DNA from: Candidatus Iainarchaeum sp.
GTDB taxonomy: Archaea > Iainarchaeota > Iainarchaeia > Iainarchaeales > DTGL01
Assembly: GCA_043809265.1 (NCBI GenBank)
Contig: JAZDDY010000093.1
Span: 1 to 44,705 of the forward strand
Reading direction: 5' to 3'
Length of the DNA stretch: 44,705 nt
A program made the translations under genes and the position numbers. A model generated the notes under the pieces. The model did not search any database and was not told where the DNA came from. It saw nothing but the letters and a program-made list of their open reading frames with translations. Below, piece by piece: positions 17,355 through 25,440 of this stretch. Positions within the stretch are counted from its first letter, which is position 1; every line of letters starts with the position of its first letter.

Positions 17355-18587
17355 ATGTATGGCAAATCCGCAACTGAAAGTCACAGCCGCAAGAAGGAGT
17401 TGATTGTTAATTTTGTTATAACTCAAATCGCAAAAGGTTATTTCCCATCAAGGGCTGACATTGAAAGAAGTCTTTCCATTGACTTGAGAACTTACTTCGG
17501 AAATCTGTGGTCTGTCTATGAGTGCGCGGGACTTTCATATGAGAAAGTCAAAAAAATGAAATCTGAACAGAAAGGCAGGTTTATCACTAATTCAAAGCGC
17601 AGGTTTTCGGTAGACGAAGGAAGAAAGCAAATAGCCACTTTTCTAGTAAAGGCGGTCGAAAAAGGTCGCTTCCCAGGCTATAATGAAATCCAAGAACAGT
17701 TTGGGATTAGTCTTCAGACATATTTCAATAGCACAAGTGATGCGTATAGATTTGCACAAATAGACTGCCAAAAGAGGCCCATTAACCCATTTATTTCTCT
17801 TGAAAAAGAAAAAAAGTTAGTTGAAATTTCAAAGAAGTTGTTGTGTAGTCTGGATTTTGAAATATTGCGGTGCAACCACAATAAGGGAGCGGATTTGGTT
17901 GTGATGGATAAAGAAGGCAATATTATTCCGGTTGAACTCAAAGCTTACCATCGAAATGTCAACATTCCAATAGGCTTTTTTGGGCATTATGAAACTGAAC
18001 TGAAGCAACTCCAGCAGTATATAGAACAACACCAAGCGCCCTACGGGATTCTTATAACAACCACTGATAGAATCAATGCCAAGATTCCGGAAAACATTGT
18101 TTTATTGAATGGACGTGTCTTGAGGAAAAAATTAATAGAAGAAGAATTGACTGGGCTTTTGCCGTCTTTGGATTGGATAAGGAACACTTATTGTACTTCC
18201 AGTAAACAAGTTGAAATTTTGAAAAAGAGAAATAAGATCGCCAATTACATAATAAGCCAAGTTGCACTCGACCATTATCCGTCCATGAGGGAAACAGAGA
18301 GCATACTGAAACTTAACGTCAGAACTTACTTCCCCGAGAATATGCTTGGGGCATATCGATTTTCAGAAGTAAAGTTGCCCTGCCGTTATCTTTCAAAACA
18401 AAAAGCAACGGAGGAAATTGCTGGTCATGTCCGGCGTGAAGTTAAAAATGGCAAATATCCTTCACTCGAACGTATAGAGCAACAATTCCATATAAGCTTG
18501 AGAACATATTTTGACAGTCCTCGACAAATGTTTGAGCTGGCTGGCGTTGAAGCCCCTCGCAGATTTTTGGACAAAACTGGGACCTAA
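17355..18587 (+). CDS. Mrr-like PD-(D/E)xK nuclease flanked by four homing-endonuclease-associated-type helical repeats
   Basis: Four repeats of about 45 aa, two N-terminal and two C-terminal: ...AKGYFPSRADIERSLSIDLRTYFGNLWSVYECAGL; ...EKGRFPGYNEIQEQFGISLQTYFNSTSDAYRFAQI; ...LDHYPSMRETESILKLNVRTYFPENMLGAYRFSEV; ...KNGKYPSLERIEQQFHISLRTYFDSPRQMFELAGV. The central GADLVVMDKEGNIIPVELKAY...YGILITTTDRI...IVLLNGRVL matches the Mrr-cat D...ExK pattern. The coding sequence is visibly more AT-rich than its neighbours. Confidence 0.6.
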   Translation: MYGKSATESHSRKKELIVNFVITQIAKGYFPSRADIERSLSIDLRTYFGNLWSVYECAGLSYEKVKKMKSEQKGRFITNSKRRFSVDEGRKQIATFLVKAVEKGRFPGYNEIQEQFGISLQTYFNSTSDAYRFAQIDCQKRPINPFISLEKEKKLVEISKKLLCSLDFEILRCNHNKGADLVVMDKEGNIIPVELKAYHRNVNIPIGFFGHYETELKQLQQYIEQHQAPYGILITTTDRINAKIPENIVLLNGRVLRKKLIEEELTGLLPSLDWIRNTYCTSSKQVEILKKRNKIANYIISQVALDHYPSMRETESILKLNVRTYFPENMLGAYRFSEVKLPCRYLSKQKATEEIAGHVRREVKNGKYPSLERIEQQFHISLRTYFDSPRQMFELAGVEAPRRFLDKTGT

Positions 18588-18592
18588 CTTTG

Positions 18593-19609
18593 TTAGACCT
18601 TCAATTTTTTGATTCCTTGGGGCCTTATGATACCTTTTTCTGTTATAAAACCGGAAATGTATCTGCCTTTTGTCACATCAAAGCCGGGATTCAATGCATG
18701 GCTTTTTTCGTTCGCAACCCTTTTGCCTTCAATGAACAATACTTCCCTTTCGTCCCTTTCCTCTATTTTGATATCGGCGCCCTTTTTGCATTTCAAATCT
18801 ATTGTGCTCAGCGGCGCCGCAACATAAAATGGAATTCCGTTTTCTTTTGCCAGCACTGCTTTCTCGTAAGTGCCGATTTTGTTTGCAATATCTCCGTTCC
18901 TTGCAACCCTGTCGGCGCCCACAATGCAAATATCCACGTCCCCTTTTTGCATATAATATCCTGCGGCGTTGTCAGCAATTATTTTGTGCTCGATTCCTTC
19001 ATTCGCGAGTTCCCATGCTGTGAGCCTTGCGCCCTGCAATCTCGGCCTTGTCTCATCCGCAAAAACGAAAATCCTGTTGCCTTCCCTTTTAGCCCAATAA
19101 ATCGGCGCAAGCGCCGAACCCCAGTCCTGCATTGCAAGCCATCCTGCATTGCAGTGCGTGAGCACCCTCGCCCCGTCGTGCAACAGAATCGAGCCATTTT
19201 CCCCGATAAGCCGCCCGTTTTCAACATAGTCTGCGCTGATTTCCGCTGCTTCCTTCACCGCGGCCCTGTTCGCTTCCATCCCAATTTTTCCCTTAACCGC
19301 TTTTTCCATTCTTTCGATTGCCCAAAAAAGATCGCGCGCAGTTGGCCTTGTTTTTCTCAATTCTTCAAATCCTTCCTTTTCTTTCCCTTCCATCACGGCC
19401 TGCGCAGCCCCGAATGCAGCCGCCGCTCCAATAGAGCCTGCCCCGCGGACAACCATGTCCTTGATTGCTTTTGCTGTTTCATGGTGGTTTTTGAAGGAAG
19501 CAATCCTGAATTTGTGCGGGAGCAGGGTTTGGTCTATCATTTTCACTGTGCGGCCTTCAGGCCAGACTGCGGTGAACCACCTGTTTTTTCCGCCAAGCCT
19601 TACGTTCAT
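18593..19609 (-). CDS. mtnA: eIF-2B-related sugar-phosphate isomerase (methylthioribose-1-phosphate / ribose-1,5-bisphosphate isomerase family, MtnA-like)
   Basis: IDQTLLPHKF, VRGAGSIGAAAAFG and IVGADRVARNGDIANKIGTY...IPFYVAAP are hallmark motifs of this family. Confidence 0.88.
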   Translation of the reverse strand: MNVRLGGKNRWFTAVWPEGRTVKMIDQTLLPHKFRIASFKNHHETAKAIKDMVVRGAGSIGAAAAFGAAQAVMEGKEKEGFEELRKTRPTARDLFWAIERMEKAVKGKIGMEANRAAVKEAAEISADYVENGRLIGENGSILLHDGARVLTHCNAGWLAMQDWGSALAPIYWAKREGNRIFVFADETRPRLQGARLTAWELANEGIEHKIIADNAAGYYMQKGDVDICIVGADRVARNGDIANKIGTYEKAVLAKENGIPFYVAAPLSTIDLKCKKGADIKIEERDEREVLFIEGKRVANEKSHALNPGFDVTKGRYISGFITEKGIIRPQGIKKLKV

Positions 19610-19956
19610 TTTTTTCCACCAGCCGCCAGAAATTCAGCAAAAAATTCAAGGTCTTCCTCGGATTCTTTTCCGGAACCAAGGATTTTGATTTGCAATTTTG
19701 CCTTTTTTGCAATTTTAAACAGGGAGAAAAAGTTTTTGAACAGTTCTTTTCTTTCGCGCTGGTCGGATTCAAGGAATTCTTCGAAAGAAACATAGAATTC
19801 TTTTCCGCTTTCCGCTGCTTTCTTCAATGCCTGCAGGTCAAAACATTTAGAGCGCTCAGGCCTCAAAAGCACGGCTTTCGCCTTGCGGTCCTGCAGTGCA
19901 GAATTCAATTCCTTGAGGTCCCGCGCTTCCCTGACGCCTGGCAATTTGTCTGCCAT
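19606..19956 (-). CDS. hypothetical protein; weak resemblance to the C-terminal half of RNase P protein Rpp30
   Basis: AVLLRPERSKCFDLQALKKAAESGKEFYVSFEEFL...FKIAKKAKLQIKILGSGKESEEDL..FLAAGG follows the pattern of the Rpp30 C-terminal half, but the protein is only 116 aa. 4-nt overlap with mtnA. Confidence 0.3.
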   Translation of the reverse strand: MADKLPGVREARDLKELNSALQDRKAKAVLLRPERSKCFDLQALKKAAESGKEFYVSFEEFLESDQRERKELFKNFFSLFKIAKKAKLQIKILGSGKESEEDLEFFAEFLAAGGKK

Positions 19957-19990
19957 GCAAAAATTAGGCTAAAAAAAGATTTAAAGTGAG

Positions 19991-20596
19991 TTACTTGAGC
20001 CTGTTTTTGTGGGCTGCAGCGCCAGGCCTTGCTTTTTCGTATCCGCGGCCCTTGCCTCTCAGTCCGCGGGCTCTTTTGCCTGCGCTTGTTAAGCCTCTTT
20101 CAGCGCGGCCGTGGTGTTTGCCTGAGCAAATCCAGTTAATTGATTTGTCTGCCTTGATTTCCGGCGCCGATGGGTCGACCAAAATCACTTCAAAGTACTT
20201 GTTTTTGCCGTCTTCCCCGATCAAATAAGAATTCAATACCTCGCAGTTCTTGAACTTGTTTCCGGCCCTGCCTTCCGCGATTGTCTGGATGTTTTTTTTC
20301 ATGGTCAGCTTTTTGGTTCCCTGCTTTTTCGGTTTTCTTCTAGACCTTGCCCTGTCGTGCTTTCCGCCGCCTTTCCTTATGCGCGCCCTTACCACCAAAA
20401 AGCCTTTTTTTGCCTTATAGCCCAAAGCATGGGCTCTCGGCGGGTTTGTGGGGCTTTCAATCCTCACAACAGCGCTCTTGTCTTTCCTGTATTCTAAGAG
20501 CCTTTCGCGCTGGACCGCCTTGTAATTGTAATTGGCGTCCTTTTTTCCGGCCATTTCTTTCTCGAAAGTTTCCTGAATATACTTTCCTGCACCCAT
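19991..20596 (-). CDS. rpl15e: 50S ribosomal protein L15e
   Basis: MGAGKYIQETFEKE...YRKDKSAVVRIESPTNPPRAHALGYKAKKGFLVVRARIRKGG is the conserved L15e sequence. ATG at 20596. Confidence 0.92.
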   Translation of the reverse strand: MGAGKYIQETFEKEMAGKKDANYNYKAVQRERLLEYRKDKSAVVRIESPTNPPRAHALGYKAKKGFLVVRARIRKGGGKHDRARSRRKPKKQGTKKLTMKKNIQTIAEGRAGNKFKNCEVLNSYLIGEDGKNKYFEVILVDPSAPEIKADKSINWICSGKHHGRAERGLTSAGKRARGLRGKGRGYEKARPGAAAHKNRLK

Positions 20597-20671
20597 AAAA
20601 ATCACAAAAAAGAGCATTAAAGCACTTACGATTAACTAATTCCTATAAGCAAGAAATTTAAAGGTATTGGA

Positions 20672-21694
20672 ATGACCGCAGGCTGTGCTTACTCAAAGCT
20701 TTTCGGGCTAGAAAAAGGCGTGAAAAAGGGCGACAAATGCCTCAAATGCGGTTCCCAGGCAGCAATCCTGCTGCATTACGGCCCGCAAAAATTCTGCGAA
20801 CCTCATTTCCTTGAGCTCATAGAACGGAGATTCAAGAAAACCATCCGCGCCTACTCGCTCCTAAAAAAAGGCGACAAAATCACGGTGGGGTGCAGCGGAG
20901 GAAAAGATTCAACGCTTGTTCTTTTCCTGCTCCAAAAATTCTTCTCAAAAACCAATCCGATCACCGCACTCCTTATCGACGAAGGCATTCCGGGCTACCG
21001 CAATGAGGCCCTGAAAGTCGCCAAGAAAAACTGCTGTGCCTGGAAAATCCCCTTCAAGGAATTTTCCCTGAAAAAAGAATTCGGCTTCACAATGAAGCAG
21101 ATAGCGGCAAAGCTTGAAAAAAACAAAAAAGAAAATCTCGGTTCTCCGTGCACTTTCTGCGGCACGCTCCGCCGCTCTCTCCTGAACCGCGCCGCCCGCC
21201 AGCTTAAGGCTGACTGCCTTGCCACTGGCCACAACCTTGATGATGAAACGCAAAGCATTTTGATGAACGTGTGCGATAACGATTGGCGCAGGTTTCCGAG
21301 AAGCGGCGCAAAGAGCGGCCTGATTGAAAGGAAAGGCTTTGTGCAAAGAATCAAGCCCTTGTGTGAAATCCCTGAGCGCGAGGTATTCTACTATATCCAA
21401 TTCGCTGGCCTTGAGTCTTATACGGGCGAATGCTGCCCTTTCAGCGAGGCAGCAAAGCGCAACGATTACCGCGCCCTCTTAAACCAGCTCGAAGAAAAAT
21501 ACCCCGGCACAAAGTATTCCTTATGGCAGTTCTACAATCGCTTAAAGCCGAAGCTGGCCGAATCCGAGCGTGCGGCTAAGTTGAAGGTTAAAATAAACAA
21601 GTGCAAAAAATGCGGCGAGCCCTCGGCAGGGGAAAAGTGCGAGGCGTGCGCAAAGATTGAGGCGCTGAAGAAGATGGCAAAGGCAGGGCACTAG
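20672..21694 (+). CDS. TtuA/Ncs6-family PP-loop tRNA 2-thiolation protein
   Basis: N-terminal Zn finger (CLKCGS...CEPHF), PP-loop CSGGKDS, Fe-S/catalytic Cys (CTFCGTLRR), GHNLDDE, and C-terminal CKKCG...CEAC. Confidence 0.85.
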   Translation: MTAGCAYSKLFGLEKGVKKGDKCLKCGSQAAILLHYGPQKFCEPHFLELIERRFKKTIRAYSLLKKGDKITVGCSGGKDSTLVLFLLQKFFSKTNPITALLIDEGIPGYRNEALKVAKKNCCAWKIPFKEFSLKKEFGFTMKQIAAKLEKNKKENLGSPCTFCGTLRRSLLNRAARQLKADCLATGHNLDDETQSILMNVCDNDWRRFPRSGAKSGLIERKGFVQRIKPLCEIPEREVFYYIQFAGLESYTGECCPFSEAAKRNDYRALLNQLEEKYPGTKYSLWQFYNRLKPKLAESERAAKLKVKINKCKKCGEPSAGEKCEACAKIEALKKMAKAGH

Positions 21695-21759
21695 CTTGAA
21701 GCAGTTAAGCAAGCCCACCTGTTCCCTTTAAATATTTGTTTGCCTAATTATACTTTTAG

Positions 21760-21856
21760 GGCTGGATTCCTTGTGGAATCGTCTCCATGAGACGTAACCT
21801 ATGGGATGTTGAAGGCTCACCGAAGCCAAAAGCTTCGGCTTTTCATATTTTTTTGA
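21760..21856 (+). ncRNA. candidate small structured RNA (unclassified) with its own TATA-like box and oligo-T terminator
   Basis: CCCTTTAAATATTT at 21724-21737 is the same BRE/TATA-like motif seen upstream of the 2853 gene. Three hairpins follow: GATTCC-ttgt-GGAATC at 21765-21780, GTCTC-cat-GAGAC at 21781-21793, and CCGAAGC-caaaa-GCTTCGG at 21820-21838. A run of eight T at 21848-21855 follows. No C/D or H/ACA boxes were recognised. Confidence 0.3.
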
Positions 21857-21967
21857 AAAACGCTTTTTTCAGGTTCTGTTTTTGCCTTAATGGTCGGGCA
21901 ATTCCTTTTAATGCTTTTCCGGCGCGAAGGCAAAAACCTTAAATTCTTCCAAGGATAATAGTATTTC

Positions 21968-22711
21968 ATGCGTTCCAAAAAATGGTCAGCTGATTTGAGG
22001 GAACGAACTACAGTAAGAATCCCCTGGGGGCACCTGAACCCGCAACTTCAGCGCATAATCGGGGAGCCAGGCATGAAACTTCCAAAAAAGGGAAGACATG
22101 ATATGAGGGAATCGAGGCGCTTGCGTGTTGGGCTTTGGGCTGAGACAGCGGTCGTTGGTTATATAGGGGCTTCGGGAGCGCCAGCAGTTGGGGCAGTTTT
22201 TGGCATTCCAACCGCCTTTGGCGCAAAGTTGGCTGGTAACCTCGTTAGGTACCGCAATGAGCTCTTGCTTTCTTCAATGCAAGAATACGGCATTCTCCAG
22301 CCAAAATCTGAGATTGAGGGGTTGTATCCGGAGCGCTGGATTGATACTGCCGAAGTGGCGAAAACCCACCCGCTCTGTTATGTGGCACAAAACGGCGACT
22401 TGGTTTTAAGAAAACCAACCCGGTTGGAGTACTATCGTTATTTATACCAGCAAAGAGTGCCAGGCCTTGTTGGAACCCCCTGGCGCTGGAGGATTTACTT
22501 GGTGCCGCCAAAAGCCCCAGAAAAAGTGCGCGAGTGGGCGAAAGCAAAACTGCAAAAAGAATTGCCAAGGCTCAAGAGCCTGGCACCAAGACCTTTGCCA
22601 AAACCTGTCCCTGTTCCAGTGAAAGCCTATCGCACCGCGGCCAACCGCCGGCCCAAGCACGCAGTTTTGAGGCAGCCGCCAAGGCTTGCTTTTGCGCGCC
22701 CTCGCGCCTGA
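21968..22711 (+). CDS. hypothetical protein with Gly/Ala-rich hydrophobic segment and P/K/R-rich tail
   Basis: 247-aa ORF. It contains VGYIGASGAPAVGAVFGIPTAFGAKLAG (glycine-zipper-like) and a C-terminal proline/basic low-complexity region. The start is uncertain. Confidence 0.4.
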   Translation: MRSKKWSADLRERTTVRIPWGHLNPQLQRIIGEPGMKLPKKGRHDMRESRRLRVGLWAETAVVGYIGASGAPAVGAVFGIPTAFGAKLAGNLVRYRNELLLSSMQEYGILQPKSEIEGLYPERWIDTAEVAKTHPLCYVAQNGDLVLRKPTRLEYYRYLYQQRVPGLVGTPWRWRIYLVPPKAPEKVREWAKAKLQKELPRLKSLAPRPLPKPVPVPVKAYRTAANRRPKHAVLRQPPRLAFARPRA

Positions 22712-22769
22712 AAAAACGAATCCAATCCTTTAAAACTTTTCCGCTGGAATTCTTATTCTATTCTGGCAT

Positions 22770-22844
22770 GGGCCTGTAGTCTAATGGTTAGGACGCGACC
22801 CTGACACGGTCGCAGCGGCGGTCCGATTCCGCCCGGGCCCACCA
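22770..22844 (+). tRNA. tRNA-Val (anticodon GAC), CCA encoded
   Basis: Cloverleaf folded by hand. Acceptor GGGCCUG/CGGGCCC, D stem GUCU/GGAC, anticodon stem CGACC/GGUCG with loop CU-GAC-AC, T stem GGCGG/CCGCC. The T-loop UCCGAUU is slightly atypical, with C at position 55. Confidence 0.85.
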
Positions 22845-22856
22845 TTCCTGATTCCT

Positions 22857-23057
22857 ATGCCCGAAAAGGAAAAGTTTGAGAAAGTGTGCCCGAAATGCGG
22901 GAGCCGGAATGTTACCGCCTGGCAGGGCATCGAATATGAGATGCCGGTGCACGCAAAGTGCCTTGACTGCGATTTCGAGGGCTTGGCTTTCCCGGAATTC
23001 CCTTCTGAAAAAATAAAAAAAATTCAGGAAGAAATCCGCAATAAAAAGCGCAAGTGA
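22857..23057 (+). CDS. small zinc-ribbon protein
   Basis: CPKCGS...CLDCDF four-Cys ribbon with a K-rich tail. 66 aa. Confidence 0.5.
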   Translation: MPEKEKFEKVCPKCGSRNVTAWQGIEYEMPVHAKCLDCDFEGLAFPEFPSEKIKKIQEEIRNKKRK

Positions 23058-25313
23058 TTATTTTTTTTCTTCTTTCGGAGCCTGCTGCATTTTTTCGAGG
23101 CTGGCGCCGATGGCTTTCGAGAAGTTTTTCTCGAAGTTGTCGAGCTCGTCCATTTTCTGGTCCATCAATTTCATGCGCAAATTGAACTGTGCTTCCATCT
23201 GCTTGGACGCGCTGTTGAATGCGGCAATGCGCTGGTTGAATTTTTCGATATTCGTGTCGATTGCTTTCAGGAACTGTTCCTTGAACAGGTTCAGTTCTTT
23301 CACCCTTGCCTGGAGTTCTTCAGCGCCGACGGCTTTCAGGGCTTCCGCGCGCGCCTGCAACTTTGCTTTTTCCATTGCGTCAAGGTTTTCCCTCATTTTT
23401 GCGGCCATCGAGGCTTCCATTTCCTTCAATACGGCCTGTGCAAGCTTTCTCCTGATTGTAAGCAGATCCATTGAAGCATAGGGCTCCAAGCCTTTCAGGA
23501 GCGCGGCCTTTTTGTTTATCAAATCGGAGGCCTGCGCCGAAAGCGCTTTCATTTCTTCCTGCGTTGTTTTCTGGAATTCCCTGAGTTCGCTTTTCGATTT
23601 TATTATTTCGGAGTTGAGCTGCACAACCAATTTGCCTTTTTCTTTTTCCATTTCCTGTATTTGTTTGTTTATTTCGAGTATTTTTTCGTCGTAGCCTTTT
23701 TTCAGGCCTTCTATTTCGCTTATCCTCGGCTTGACCTTTTCCGAGTATTCCTTTTCTATTTCGTTCATTCTCTTTGTGATTTTTTCGTCAATGTCCTCGT
23801 CGATGCCCTCGATTTCTTTTGCTTTTTTCTGGGCGTCGGCAATCGTTTCCTCCAATTTTTTGGTTGTCTGCGCGCTTTTTTCCTCTATTTCGGCAAGCCT
23901 TTTCTTTATTTTTTCGCTGTATTCCTTTTCGATGCCTGAAACCTGCTCGTTTATGGTCCTGCTGATTTCGGCCCTTATCCTGTCCTTTGTTTTTTCGAGG
24001 TCCGCGATTTTCGCTTTCACTTTTTCCGGGTCGATTTTTGCAATCAGTTCGCCAAATTTCCTGATTTCCTCGTTTATTTTTGCCTCTAAGTCTTTCTGGT
24101 TTTCGAATTTCACCCTTTCTATTTTTTCCCTTGCCTCGTTCATCACGTCCTCTATGACTTCCGATTCGAGTTCGAGGGTTTTTGTCACGCGTGAATCCAG
24201 CCTTTTTATTTCGGCCTGGGCTTTTGAAACGAAGTCCTCGGTTTCATTCTTTGAATCCTTGAGGCTTTCCTCTACTTCCGAAAAGAGCGTGCTCTTCAGG
24301 CCGGAGAAGTCTTTCTGGGCCTTGTCGAACCTTGCAGCAAGCGTCGAATCGAGGTCTTTTATGTAAGCGGCCCTTTTTTCTTCCAGTTCGGCCTGCAGCG
24401 CCCTTATCCTGCCTTTCTGTTCGTCCCTTATGTCTTTTTTGGCGGCTTCCTTTTCTTTCAGCATTTCGTTTAGCGCCGTGTCCTTTGAGGCTTCGAATTC
24501 CTTGGCGGCGGCGTCCTTGTCTGTTTCAAAGTCCTTGCTGAACGCTTCGATTTCCCCGTCGATTTCTTTCCTTGCCTTTTCGACAAACGCCCTTAATTCG
24601 TCGCTGTTTTCTTTTGCTTTGGCAAGCAGCTGTGTCAGGCCCTCGGCCTTTGTGTTCTCGATTTTTTTGCCTATTTCGCCTATTTCTTCCTTGAGTTTTT
24701 CGTGCTTTTTCTCCCATTCGCCGAGCTCTTCGAGGCCGCGCTTCATCTCCTCGTTTATTTTCCTTATCTCTTTTACCCGTTGCTCAAGAATCTGGTCGAC
24801 TTCGCCTTTCTTTTCCTCCATTTCCGAGCTTATTTTTTCGCTCAGGAGCGCGCTTTTTGAATTTATAAGCGTTGAGATTTTCTTGTACTCCTTGTCAAGG
24901 CCGTCCTTTATCTTCCTGTCAATTGTCAAATCCAGGTCTTCTTTTGTTTTCTTTATCTCGTCGGCCTTTTTGTTGACTGTCGCCATTACCGCCTTTTCCC
25001 AGGAATCCCTGTCTTTTTTTTTGTCCGAATCCTCTTCAAGGCCTTCGGAAAGCCGTCTCATCAGGTCTTCATCCGCGTCAGGCAGTGTTTCAGGCAGGTC
25101 TTCATCCTGTTCGGGTTCGGGGGCAGGCATCGGCTTCGAAGGTTGGGGTTTCGGAGCCTCTTTTTTCAGGCCTCTCACTTCGGCGAGAATCTGTTTTGCG
25201 TCTTTTTCGCCTATGCCGACATCCCTCAGGTTTCTTATTATTTCGTCTTCACCCAGATCCAATGCAATCAGTTTCCTGACCGATTCGAGGATAATGCTTT
25301 TTTTGTCCGGCAT
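23058..25313 (-). CDS. 751-aa E/K-rich coiled-coil protein with UBA-like N-terminal domain
   Basis: N-terminal ~45 aa (ILESVRKLIALDLGEDEIIRNLRDVGIGEKDAKQILAEV), a P/E-rich linker, then about 650 aa of uninterrupted heptad-like E/K/L/I sequence. Internal repeats include IEKEYSEKIKKRLAEIE and IEKEYSEKVKPRISEIE. Confidence 0.7.
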   Translation of the reverse strand: MPDKKSIILESVRKLIALDLGEDEIIRNLRDVGIGEKDAKQILAEVRGLKKEAPKPQPSKPMPAPEPEQDEDLPETLPDADEDLMRRLSEGLEEDSDKKKDRDSWEKAVMATVNKKADEIKKTKEDLDLTIDRKIKDGLDKEYKKISTLINSKSALLSEKISSEMEEKKGEVDQILEQRVKEIRKINEEMKRGLEELGEWEKKHEKLKEEIGEIGKKIENTKAEGLTQLLAKAKENSDELRAFVEKARKEIDGEIEAFSKDFETDKDAAAKEFEASKDTALNEMLKEKEAAKKDIRDEQKGRIRALQAELEEKRAAYIKDLDSTLAARFDKAQKDFSGLKSTLFSEVEESLKDSKNETEDFVSKAQAEIKRLDSRVTKTLELESEVIEDVMNEAREKIERVKFENQKDLEAKINEEIRKFGELIAKIDPEKVKAKIADLEKTKDRIRAEISRTINEQVSGIEKEYSEKIKKRLAEIEEKSAQTTKKLEETIADAQKKAKEIEGIDEDIDEKITKRMNEIEKEYSEKVKPRISEIEGLKKGYDEKILEINKQIQEMEKEKGKLVVQLNSEIIKSKSELREFQKTTQEEMKALSAQASDLINKKAALLKGLEPYASMDLLTIRRKLAQAVLKEMEASMAAKMRENLDAMEKAKLQARAEALKAVGAEELQARVKELNLFKEQFLKAIDTNIEKFNQRIAAFNSASKQMEAQFNLRMKLMDQKMDELDNFEKNFSKAIGASLEKMQQAPKEEKK

Positions 25314-25440
25314 GCCAACCTACGTCCAAATCTATAACAGCCTATGTGGTATAAAAACCTTATTCCAGCCTGTTTCCCGCTTTTCAATGCTAATAATAGC
25401 ACGGAAAAATTGTTAAATGTTAAAAGGCATATATTTCCAT

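Noticed and set aside
18590-19795. 401-aa plus-strand ORF
   Set aside because: It is fully antisense to the well-supported mtnA gene. Its composition is C/F/R/P-rich with no motifs, which is typical of a shadow ORF.
23110-25416. Series of plus-strand S/F-rich ORFs (123, 211, 328 aa and others)
   Set aside because: They are mirror images of the GAA/AAG-rich coiled-coil gene on the minus strand. Low-complexity antisense frames stay open by chance.
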